Origin: Chiloscyllium plagiosum
Taxonomy: Eukaryota
DNA: 64,000 bases
Assembly: GCF_004010195.1 (NCBI RefSeq)
Contig: NC_057748.1
Span: 4,787,374-4,851,373, forward strand
Direction: 5' to 3'
Shown here: piece by piece, positions 52,830-64,000 of the stretch
How positions within the stretch are numbered: the first letter of the stretch is position 1
Layout of the letters: each line of letters starts with the position of its first letter
Program-made: the position numbers and the translations under genes
Notes under the pieces: generated by a model
What the model saw: only the letters and a program-made list of their open reading frames with translations
What the model was told of the DNA's origin: nothing
The model's database searches: none

Positions 52830-54719
52830 ATTGCGTTGGAAGCAGTTCAGAGAAGAATTCCTTGGATAAAGGAATTTGTTTTACAAGGAAAGGTTGGACT
52901 CATTGGAGTTTAGAAAAAACAAATGCTCTTATTGAAACAAAAGATTCTGAGCAAGTCTGGAAGGATTTTTTTTCTAGTGGGTACCTAGAACCAGGGGTCA
53001 CAGTTTCAAAATTTACAGTCTCATTTAAAATAAAAAGAGAAAATGTCAGAGGAACTCAGCAAGTCTAATAGTATCTGTGGAGAGAGAAAAACAGAGATGG
53101 AAATATGAAAAAGGAGGAGTAAGCGGAATGAAACAGAAGGTCAGGGAAAGGTTATAGGGTGAAGGAATGTAGAGATCAGACATTGTGAAATAAAATGCTC
53201 AATGATTGATAATGATTATACTGAAGCAAAGCATAGATTCAATGTAGGGCTTAATGGTAGATTAGTGTGTTCTTGTGTAGGACAATTTCCCTACCTCTGA
53301 GTCAGAAGCACTAGGTTCAGGTCCCACCTTCACTGAGGTGTATCATAACATGTCCGTACAGGCTAAATACAAACCAACATTAATAGCAGACTAAAGGTCA
53401 GCTCTGACCAAATGTGAAGACATGAAAGCTCAGGGATAGAGAATCATTAGTCTTTGAAATTCTTTCCACAAAGAGCAAGAGAGATTGGGTCATTGAATAT
53501 ATTTAAGGTTGTTTTAGATGTATTTTTGATTGATAAAGAATGAAAGTGGACTAACAGAAAAGTGGACTTGAGGCCACAGTCAGATCAGTGAAGATTTTAT
53601 CAACTGGTCGAACAGGTTCAGTCCATTTGGCCTACTCCCGTTCCCATTCGATATAATCTTATGATCATTGACTCTCAATGCCAGTACATCATACAATTAA
53701 TTCTCATCTGCCCTCTCACAATCCGAGGAATCAGTTAATCTCTCTCATAGTTTAGCAAATTTGACAAATTATAAAGCAACATGTAATTTTGTTGATTTGC
53801 ATGAATCATAGGACATTGGTTTCACATTAAACAGTCTTTAATGACACAATATTTGAAGTCATCAGACAGTATATCTTGAAGACAATTAAGGCTTAATCCA
53901 GTGTAGTTTTTTTTAAAATTGAGAACAGGAAGAATATAGAATTACCTGTGGAATTCCATATGGCAAATTGCCGTGAATACTGGGACAGTGAGTAAATTTA
54001 AGGAGGAGTTAGACAGATTTTTAATTGGTAATGGGTTGAAGGGATATGGAAAGAAACCAGGAAAATGGGGGTGAGGAGCAGATCAGCCATGATTGAATGG
54101 CAGAGCAGATTCAATGCACTGAATGGCCTAATTCTGCTCCTATATCTTATGAACTTAGAGTCATAATATTGGCAAGAAATATGAAGTGACACAAAAAGCA
54201 AGGACTGGAAATCATCCAGGAGGTCAGGTAGTACCTGGATAGAGATAGAGCAAATGAACTTTGAAGTTTGGTGGCCTGTTGTCCAAATTGGAAGATGTTA
54301 GAGACTAGTCATCATTGAGCAGGGACAAAACATGACTATAATTTGAATTAAAATTAGAAGTTATACAAATAGATATAAACAGTGGAGACTTATGTTGAAG
54401 GGCTAATGTTAGCTCACATTCAGCTAAGGCTGGCCTTTTTATTACAAACCCCTATGCCTGTTTATAAAGTGTATAAGCTTGTCATATTGTAATTACACCT
54501 TATGATAGTTGGAGCTGCTGAAGAACCTCCAGTGGCAGGAGGATGTAACTGCAGTGTGACATGTTTACATTAGCAATTTCATTGATAAAGAAAGAATTTG
54601 CATTGTATAGCTCCTTTCTCAACCTAACGACATCCCAAAATACTTAACAGAAAGCAAGGTGTTTTGCTGATATTTATTTACTTATGCAGGAAACACAGGA
54701 TGCCAGTTTCCTCAAAGCA

Positions 54720-56440
54720 AAGAACAAAGAAAATTTACAGCCCAGGAACAGGCCCTTCGGCCCTCCAAGCCTGAGCCGATCCTAATCCACTGCCTAAACC
54801 TATCGCCCAATTCCTAAGCATCTGTATCCCTCTGCTCCCCACCTACTCATGCATCTGTCCAGATGCATCTTAAATTAATCTACCATGCCTGCCTCTACTA
54901 CCTCTTCTGGCAACGTGGTCCAGGCATCTACCACTTTCTGCATAAAGTACTTGCCGTGTGTATCCATCTTAAACTTTTCACTTCTCACCTTGAACGCGTG
55001 ACCTCTTGTTACTGAATCCCTCATGCGGGGAAAAAGCTTATCTCTATCTGCCCTGTCTATACCCTATTTTGCAGACCTCAATCAGGTCCCCCCTCAATCT
55101 CCTTTTTTCTAATGAAAACAATCCTAACCTACTCAACCTCTCTTCATAGCTAGCACCCTCAATACCAGGCAACATCCTCATAAACCTCTGCACCTTCTAC
55201 AAAGCACCACATTCTTTTGGTAATGTGGCGACCAGAACTGTACACAGTATTCTAATGCAGCCAAACCAATGTCTTGTAAATTTTAACATGACTTGCCAGC
55301 TCTTATACTCAATACCCCGTCCAGTGAAGGAAAGCATATCAAATACCTTCTTGACCACTCTACCCACCTGCGCAGCCATCTTCAGGGTACAATGGACCTG
55401 AACTCCCAGATCTCTCTGATCATCAACTTTTCCCAAGGCTCTTCCGTTTACAGTATAGTTGGCTCTAGAATTAAACTTCCCAAAATGCATCACGCCACAT
55501 TTGCCTGGTTTGAACTCCATCTGCCACTTCTCCGTCCAACTCTCCAGTCTATCTATATTCTCCTGTATTCTTTGACAGTCCCCTATGCTTTCTGCTACTC
55601 CTCCAATTTACAAGTCATCTGCAAGCTTACTGATCAGACCAACAGTGCCCTCTTCCAGATAATTTATGGATATTACAAACAACAGTGGCCCCAGCACTAG
55701 CCCCTGTGGAACACCACTGGTCACCTTTCTGCATTTGGAGAAATTCCCTTCAACTACTACTCTCTGTCTCCTGTTGCTCAATCAGTTCTTTATTCACCTA
55801 GCTAGAACACCCTGCACACCATGTGACTTCACTTTCTCCATTAGTTTACCATGGGGAACCTTATCAAACGCCTTACTCAAGTCCATGTATATGACACTTA
55901 CAGTACTTCCTTCATCTCTCAACTTGGTCACTTCCTGTCTACCTCACACAAAACCATGTTGCCTATCACTGATAAGCCCGTTCTTTTCCAAACTTTCCCA
56001 CCACTAACGTCAGGCTCACTGGTCTGTAGTTACCTGGAATATCTCTAATACCATTCTTGTACAGGGGGACAACATGAGCAACCCTCCAGTCATCCGGCAC
56101 TTCACCTGTGTTTAAGGATGCTACAAAGATATCTGTCAGGACCCCAGCTACTTCCTCTCTTGCCTCTCTCAGCAACCTGGGAGGTCCTGGGGTCTTGTCT
56201 ACTTTAATATCCTTTAGCCTACCCAATTCATCTTCTCTCCTTATGTCAACGTGATCCAGAGTAAACAAACTTCTGTCTCTAATTTCAGCATTCATCACCT
56301 CCGTTCCTCAGTGAACAGTGATGCAAAGTAACCATTGAGAATCTCACCCATTTTCTCAGGTTCGACACACAACCTTCCTTATCCTTTAGTGGACCAACCC
56401 TTTCTTTAGTTACTCTCTTGCTTCTTATATAAGAATAAAA
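54720..56440 (-). mobile_element. Long, internally deleted CR1 LINE fragment
   Basis: ORF2 motifs TGEVPDDWRVAHVVPLYK..PGNYRPVSLT and MEFKPGKCGVMHFG...RDLGVQVH. Confidence 0.92.
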
Positions 56441-57112
56441 GTTGACAGAATCAATAAGACAGTGACCAAATAAAACAACTGTGGATGATGGAAATCTGAA
56501 ACAAAAGCAGAAATTGCTGGAGAAACTCAGCAGGTCTGGCAACATCTCTGGAGAGAGAACAGAGTTAATGTTTGGAGTCCAGAACAGTTCTGAAGAAGGG
56601 TCACTGAACTCGGGACATTAACTGCTTTCTCTCCACTAAGTCACCTGTTTGTTTTACTGGTTATGGTAGAAAGATAAATACTGGCTGGGAAACCAGGGAT
56701 AACAGGCATGGTCTCTGAAATACAATAAAACCATTGGGTTTTTTACATGTGTCTGAGGGTGTTTTGCAAAGGAAGATGTCACTTTGGAGAACTTCTTGAG
56801 TTGCATGTAAATAACTACAATGGACATGTATCCTCTCTGGAGAGAAATGCAAACTCAGATTTTTCTGAGGTCTGTGTGTTACATACTGGTTCAAAGCTGA
56901 CACTTACACATTCTTACTTGCTCTGAGAAGATTATGTGATTGCCTCTTGAAGCCTTAAAGGTTTCATAGTTTGCTTTGAGTTGGTCATGAACGATAGGAT
57001 GTTGACAGGGTGACTATAAATGAAGGGTTGGGTATATTCATGTTGGGGTGGCATGTCCCTTGAAGGTGGTGTTTTAAATATTGTCATTGTGCGGTGTTCT
57101 TTTCTGCCTCAG

Positions 57113-57259
57113 TCATACTACTTTGACCGGGAAGATGTCGCTTTGCGGAACTTTGCCAAGTTCTACTTTGAGCAGGCACTTGAGGAACAGAAACATGCAA
57201 AGTTGCTGATGGATTTTCAGAATCAACGTGGAGGCCGCATCATCTTCTGGGACATCAAG
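57113..57259 (+). CDS. Ferritin B exon 2
   Basis: [49 protein letters not shown]; CAG acceptor, GTTAGT donor. Confidence 0.96.
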
Positions 57260-57371
57260 GTTAGTGGGTGAGAGATCTCTCTACCCTTTTTCCTTCCCTG
57301 TTCCCAATGCCTTCTCCTTAATGTTAAGCAATTTGGTTCAACTCCATTGACCCAATTGTCTTTATTCATAG

Positions 57372-57497
57372 AAACCCAGCCGGGATGAGTGGGGAAATGG
57401 CTTGGAAGCTATGGAACAGGCCCTGGAGCTGGAGAAAACGGTGAACAAATCTATCCTGGAACTACACAAAGTGGCATCCGAGCACAACGATCTTGTT
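57372..57497 (+). CDS. Ferritin B exon 3
   Basis: [42 protein letters not shown]; TAG acceptor, GTGAGT donor; follows a 112-nt intron. Confidence 0.96.
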
Positions 57498-58913
57498 GTG
57501 AGTTCACCAAACATTGCCAAACCCTTTCCACTCTGAATTGATGTATACATTTGTTGCCCTAAGAACTGGAAAAGTTCTGTATAGATTTAACGCAGTCGTT
57601 TAAAGCTATAAGAGACCCTCCTGGAATCAGTAAGGAGAAACTGTTTGTGCTGGCTGGAAGGGCAATATCAAAAAGATTAGGGTTCAAGATAATTGGCAAA
57701 AGAAACAGAGCGATGGATAGAGTGTTTTTTTAAACTTAACACAGAGCATTATGAAAGGGTGGTGAAAGCAAATTCTGGTAACTTACCAAAGGGATAAATA
57801 TAGGAGGATTTGAAGGGCTGTGGGGAATGAGTAGGAGAGTGAGAGAAACTGGATGACTCTTCCTTTTAGCTAGCATGGAAGTGTGGGGTTGCATAGTCTC
57901 CTGTGCTAAGCAGTTCTGTGATTAAACATAGAGGAGCGAATGTACAAAGCAACATACTTAATGGCTGTTTTGTTTGACTCACCTTCGTTAGTAAAACCAG
58001 GTGACAAACTCATGGAATCTGGCCATGATTTACCGATTAATACAAAGAGACATTGCACCCAGAAAGGACAGAACGCCCCCTCAGTTTCAACCCTGTGATG
58101 GTAAGCTGGTGTTACGCCAGTGACTCTGCATAAAACACTTGGAAACAAATATCACAAATGCTCAGATCAGTTAGTGAACATCGGAAAATCCCTCTTTAGC
58201 CAGTGAATAATTGGATACATTCTCAAGGGTTTATAGCCATCTTACAGAAGGGGAACAAACCTATAGTGTGGAAATTTGATTCTCATCTGAGCAAACTACA
58301 ACAGCGTTTATTTGAAGGACAGCAGAAAGATTCAATAGTCTATTGTATCAGGAAACTTTTAAAAATTCATTCAGAGGATGTGGGTGTTGTTGGCTTAGTT
58401 GACCTTGAGAACGTGGTGGTGAGCTGCCTTCTTGAACTGCTGCAGCTGTTGGTAGCCCCACAATGTCATTAGGGAGGGAGTTGCAGGATTTTGACTCAAG
58501 TGTAAAGTTGCCATAGTCCTACTGGACCAAAGGACTGCTGTTTCATTAGAGACAACTGGTGGTGGTTTAACGTGAGGGTGAACCACGCTTCAGGCAAAGG
58601 GAGAGTGAGAAGGAGAATCCTTCATGGTAACCTCAGCTAGTGCAGAAATTTAACCCACGCTGTTGGCATTACATTGCATCAAATATCAGCCATCCAGCCA
58701 AATGAGCTAGCCAACTACCAATTCAGGAGTAGGATCTAATCATTAAACACTCTGACTGGTTGTGGACAATTTCGAGCTTGAAATGTGCGTCACTATTCAA
58801 CTGAACAATGTACATGAACTGAGGCTGGTAACCAAATCTATCAGTAGAGTCTGGAGTGACATAAGTATTGGTATAGAGGCAGTCCTCAGCAGTACATTTT
58901 CTTTCTGTTTCAG

Positions 58914-59069
58914 CTATGTGAGTTCCTGGAATCTAACTACTTGAATGAGCAAATTGAGGCCATTAGGATGTTTGGAGATCACATCACCAACCTGAAGCGG
59001 TTGGGAGCTCCTGAGAATGGCATGGGAGAGTACTTGTTCGACAAGCACACCCTGGGGGAAGGCAGCTAA
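58914..59069 (+). CDS. Ferritin B exon 4
   Basis: [51 protein letters not shown]; total spliced protein 224 aa. Confidence 0.96.
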   Translation, partial: LCEFLESNYLNEQIEAIRMFGDHITNLKRLGAPENGMGEYLFDKHTLGEGS

Positions 59070-59221
59070 CAGTCAAGGACACCTGGCCATCGTATGTCAA
59101 TAGAGCACAGCCTCGTGTTCTGCCAAGTTATCACCCTGACCAGCCAGATGGGAATCTATAGCAAAATTGAACAGTAGATCGTGTTGTCCCATATGTTACA
59201 TTATAGCACTGTTGTTGCTAG

Positions 59222-59324
59222 AATAAATGAACTGTGGCATTAAAGTGAATCCATTTTGGCAACAGTAATCCATTCGATAAGTACTTCCAGAAAGAATACA
59301 CTTGGCAATCTGTTCCCAAATAAA
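59222..59324 (+). terminator. Poly(A) signals of ferritin B
   Basis: AATAAA at 59222-59227 and 59319-59324; the second is followed by a T/GT-rich tract. Confidence 0.7.
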
Positions 59325-60776
59325 AGTGGTTAAGTCTTTACTGTTTTGCCTTTCGCTGTTTCTTGGATCCACAAGGAAAGATTGGGGCTCATTTTAAAAT
59401 TGGGGAAACTTGCACTGAGTCAGTGTATGAATATGGAAGAACTCCTGTGCTTGGCTGGGTAACCTGTCAGATGCCTCCTCCATTCCTCCCTGTGTAACTT
59501 GCCCTAGTGACAAACCTTGATGATTCGCTGGTCTTTTCCTGCCTGTTGTTTCCTTAATAGCAATCAGTCTCAGGAACCAACTTCTTTGTGAGCCTAATTT
59601 ACATAAACCTGGGCCCACCTTGTGTAGTGTTGCAGTTGTGAAAATATAACCATCCAGACCCATGGTTAAACTGGAATCCTTTCTGACCTATGTGCTCCAG
59701 TCCCACACAAAATCTTAAGGGTGCTTAAGGAACAAAATCTGCAAGGGCACCTCAAAGAACTTACCTTTATGGGTGAGCCTTTCCCAGCCAATGAAGTCTT
59801 TTTGAAGTGGTGTCACACATCTGGAGGGAAGCCAGTGTGTACAACAGAAAAGACAAGATGGCCAAATGTTGTTGATGGAGGGATGAATGTTGGCCAAAAC
59901 ACCTGGGAGGCTGAACATCAAATACAAAACACAGCAGGTCAGACTGTGCAGCACTCCTTCACTACCACCCTGGCAATGCCAGATGAGGTTGTGTTCAAAA
60001 TCTCAGGATTGGGGCTTGAACCAGCAGATGGAGGTCACAGTTTGGAAAAGTTACACAAGGTTCACAGATGGTAAGCAAGCTGGAGGAATATAGCGACATT
60101 GGTATTTGTGCTTCTAAGGGTTTAATTATTTTAAAATGGTAGTTTTATAGATGCGAATCTGATGGGTCTACTAACATTTGGACATCATGCTGTACGAAGT
60201 CTATTACAAGCCTGGTTTTCTTTGCTAAATATGTGGCTTGCTACCACTCCCCACTGGAGTACAAGATCTTCATGAGCAGAGGCAGCTGACTGATGGCAAG
60301 AGGATTGTGTTTAAGGCATTACCACAGAGAATGTACCCAGGAATAATTAAAGTGCTTGTTCATTGAACAAGGAAATTGTAGAAAGGAAAATTTTGTACAG
60401 TCATTCAGTGATACCGAATGTGAGTACTGCGGAGAAGAAACATCCGCAAGTCTATTTTTGTCTTAACATTGACCAGGATAGATGCAAAATAAGTTATATA
60501 TTTCAAAAGGAACAATTGTTTGTATAGTGGTCATGTCCTTACTTCTAAGCCAAGAGATCCAGGTTTAAGTCCTACCTGCTCCAGAGGTGTGTATTAAATA
60601 TCCTTGATCAGACTGATAAGTAAATTATAAAGCAGAGTGTCCTTTAATTTATAAGCCATCCAGAATCACTTAGAGAGTATAGTCACCATTGCCACACCCA
60701 TCAACAACTAGACAAAGTGTAAGGCCCCTTAAAGATCATCTTTGTGTTGAACCTTAGGAGAGATATTAAATGAACA

Positions 60777-61120
60777 AAGTTTGAGAGAAGATTTGTAGCT
60801 CGGGGAATTTGTGTTGCAGACGTTTCGTCCCCTGTCTAGGTGACGTCCTCAGTGCTTGGGAGCCTCCTGTGAAGCGCTTCTGTGGTGTTTCTTCCGGCAT
60901 TTATAGTGGCCTGTCCCTGCCGCTTCCGGTTGTCAGTTTCAGCTGTCCGCTGTAGTGGCCGGTATATTGGGTCCAGGTCAATGTGTTTGTTGATGGAGTT
61001 TGTGTATGAGTGCTATGCAAAAGCGCTTCACAGGAGGCTCCCAAGCACTGAGGATGTCACCTTGACAGGGGACGAAACGTTTGCAACAAAAACTTCCAGC
61101 TCGGCGAACAGAACCACAGC
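60777..61120. mobile_element. Penelope-like insertion with inverted terminal repeats
   Basis: 14-bp TSD atattaaatgaaca (60763-60776, 61121-61134); SINKHIDLDPIYRPL on the minus strand. Confidence 0.88.
60816..60855 (-). ncRNA. Minimal type-I hammerhead-ribozyme motif (best copy)
   Basis: GCA-CTGAGGA-C-GTC-A-CCT-AGAC-AGG-G-GAC-GAAAC-GTC-TGC; mirror copy on the plus strand at 61045-61084. Confidence 0.7.
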
Positions 61121-62279
61121 ATATTAAATGAACATTGTCAGATTTTACTGTGGAGAAAGAAATGTAGGCTGGAGAATTCAGGGAAATTTAAATAGACATT
61201 TTTAAAACAATTCACATTACAGAAGAGGAAATGCTGGAGGTCTCAAAATATAAAGGTGCATAAATCTCTGGGAACCTGATCTAGTGTCTCTCAAGTTGTT
61301 GTGGGAAGTTATGGAAGCAAGGAATTAGGGATAGTTGACATGGTTTTGCAAGAGGGAAATGGTCTCTCAGACTGGATTTTACTTTTGGAGGAAGTAACCA
61401 AGAAAATTGAGGAGGGCGGAGTGCTAAGAGACTGGTTTACTTGGACTTTACCAAAGCCCTTGACAATGTTCCATGTGGAAGACTAATTAGATCATGTGAT
61501 TCAGGGCAAGCTTGCTAATTAGCTAGCTTCAAGGTGGTGGTAGAGTAGCAGCATTCAGGTTAGAGTGCAGGGCTTGTCCATTTCCATCTGCTTTCCTTTA
61601 AAGCAGGTCTCTTGCCTTGATTGCAGCAGCAAGTGCTGCACAGTAAAGGCTGATTAAGATGGTGGCATATGAAGAGCGGCAAGGCTAATTAAATGGCAAA
61701 AGGAGATATCCAGTAGTGGTGGGAAACACAGCCGGGACAAGGTGAACATGGCTCCATTCAAACCATGAGGCTCCAGCCCAGACTTGCAGGTTGAGCAAGG
61801 GCTCCATATTAAGGATATGGAGTTAAGAGACAGTTCAGGAAAGACTTACCAGACTATTGCTGGGAATGAAGGATTTAAATTAGTGAGTTATTCTCACCCC
61901 ACATGGAAGTTAAATTATATGATGTGGGATGTTAATAAGCTATCAGCTGCTTTTCCCCTAGTGGGTGGAATGGAGACTAGAGGGCTTCAAAAAAAAAAAA
62001 AGCCAGGGAGAGAGATTTTAAAATCTAAAGGGGCTATTTTGTTTTAAAATCAAAATGTGTTTCATGTGTGGAGTGAACTTCCAGAGGAAGGGTAGGATGA
62101 AGGCAGAAGGATACAGGCTAAGCACAAGCAGGTGGGACTCACTTTAGAACATGTTGAAAGTGGACTGATTGGACTGCTAGATGGGGTGGAGAGACTGGAA
62201 AAAGATTACAGCTACATGTTGGAGTATAGATGAAGTGCATTTTAATTAATCAAGACAGACAGTTTCAACACTTAAACTT

Positions 62280-62285
62280 TTTATT
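62280..62285 (-). terminator. Poly(A) signal of ferritin C
   Basis: AATAAA ~250 nt after the stop. Confidence 0.7.
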
Positions 62286-62533
62286 TACTTAAATCAGCAG
62301 CTGTGCCATATAGCTTCACAATTTGTGCACTTGATAGAAGGTTTCACTGAAGTTGACCCAAAAGCATGTTTACTTTCACCTTTCCCTTACTCAAATTCAG
62401 AGTTAATACCCATGAAAAAAGGTAGTACCAAAAACCTGACTCCATTCAAAAAAGGTAGACAAAAAAACACTTGTTAAAAAGAACATTTTGTAGGTGGTTT
62501 TAGAGGCACACTGATTTCAAAGTGGTGGATCTT

Positions 62534-62692
<159 letters not shown>

Positions 62693-63604
62693 CTAGAGGC
62701 AGGATATTAAAAGTAGTTAGGCTTTTAGAAAATGTGTTCTGGGTTTTAGAACGAGCAGGTAAGACTTGAACTTGTTTGTTAATAAGAACAGGACTTGTCA
62801 TATTTAGTCAATCCTCAAGTAGTCAAAATCTGCAGGAAGAGGCTATTTGGCCCACTGAATCTATACTAACTCTGAAGAGGACTCCATTCAAGCTTCCCCC
62901 CCCACCCCCAATCCTTGCAACCTCACATTTACCCTGGTTAATTTAAACTACCCAGCTTTTGGGGCAGAGGCAGAAGGAGGGAGGACAAGCCAAAGTACCC
63001 AGCAGATTCCCAAGTAGACCATGCAACAGACAGTAGGCTAGAGTAAACCCAGGCCTCTCTTGAGGGTGGGCAGTGTTAACCACTGGAGTCACTGCCACCT
63101 TCAACAAAGTTTTGAAAATAACTAAAACATTTAAAAAGGCATCTGGATGGGTATATGAATAGGAAGGGTTAGGAGGTATAGGCCAAGTGCTGGCAAGAGA
63201 GACTAGATTGGGATATCTTGTCAGCATGGCCAAGTCAGACCAAAGGGTCTGTTTCCATGCTGTACATTTCTAAACAGATCAGCTACTCAAGCAACTGACT
63301 AGAGTTGCTGTCTTTGTAGTGCTACCAGCAAGTGTTCAACACTTATTTTCACCACTGCAGTCCCACTATCACAACCCTCTCCTTGCCAGAGGTGGAGAGA
63401 CTCAGCTTACATTCACCAGTCATGCCAGGGAATGGTCCTATGGTGACTATTTAAGTGAATATTTAATCCTAATCTTTTAAAAACCCATAAGCCAGTTGTG
63501 TTGATAAACTAATCAAGTCAGGTCAAAACTAGTGCACAAGATATTTTAAATGCACTCAATTCAGCATTGCTGTGTTAACTTGCCTAAAGTTTGAAAAAAA
63601 AAGG

Positions 63605-63770
63605 CCATTTCAGGCAAGAAGACTTCATCAGGAATAGATATTCCTGATGAAGGGCTTTTGCCCAAAATGTCAATTTTCCTGCTCCTTGGATGCTGCCTGA
63701 ACTGCTGCGCTTTTCCTGTACCACTTATCTGGAATCTGGTTTCTAGCATCTGCAGCCCTTGTTTTTACCT
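63605..63770. mobile_element. Penelope-derived element with partial palindrome and decayed hammerhead-like core
   Basis: cttcatcaggaat...attcctgatgaagggcttttgcccaaaatgtc. Confidence 0.7.
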
Positions 63771-63942
63771 TTATCAAAGAGGTACAAATACAAAGGCCTG
63801 AACAGCATTAAATGTACAAAGCTGCACTAGGAACCCTGTTATCTTAGTACTTTATGATTAATGAAAGCTCTATTTGGGTGGGTGGAGGAGGAGAAAGCAG
63901 GTTAGGATCAGTTTGGGAGGTAACAAAGGAATCGATACTCAC

Positions 63943-64000
63943 ATGAGGATCGACCTTGTCAGAAGCCAATTTGTGCAGCTCCAGCAGAGACTGGTTCACA
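63943..64000 (-). CDS. Ferritin C exon 3 (truncated by the window edge)
   Basis: VNQSLLELHKLASDKVDPH followed by a GTGAGT donor. Confidence 0.95.

Overview
This is vertebrate genomic DNA, very probably from a shark: it carries HE1-type SINEs with (AATCT)n tails, CR1/HER1 LINE fragments and Deu-domain SINEs (species not determinable). It is repeat-rich and has one 500-N gap. Genes from left to right: (1) the CpG-island promoter and a non-coding first exon of a minus-strand gene that leaves the window (CHMP2A is a synteny-based guess only); (2) UBE2M/Ubc12 on the minus strand, with exons 2-6 read directly and exon 1 probably in the gap; (3) a cluster of three ferritin genes with the standard vertebrate exon pattern. 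Ferritin A (minus, 175 aa, intact ORF) has lost several ferroxidase, nucleation and 3-fold-channel residues and has only a decayed IRE-like relic. Ferritin B (plus, 224 aa) keeps all ferroxidase ligands, shows no IRE, sits on a YY1-rich CpG island and has a ~50-aa Arg-rich, acid-free N-terminal extension. It is a candidate intron-containing mitochondrial ferritin that arose independently of the mammalian FTMT retrogene. Ferritin C (minus, only the last 1.5 exons visible) looks canonical. Several Penelope-like insertions with target-site duplications carry minimal hammerhead-ribozyme motifs, some in palindromic pairs. Repeat boundaries are approximate; exon boundaries were read from GT/AG sites.
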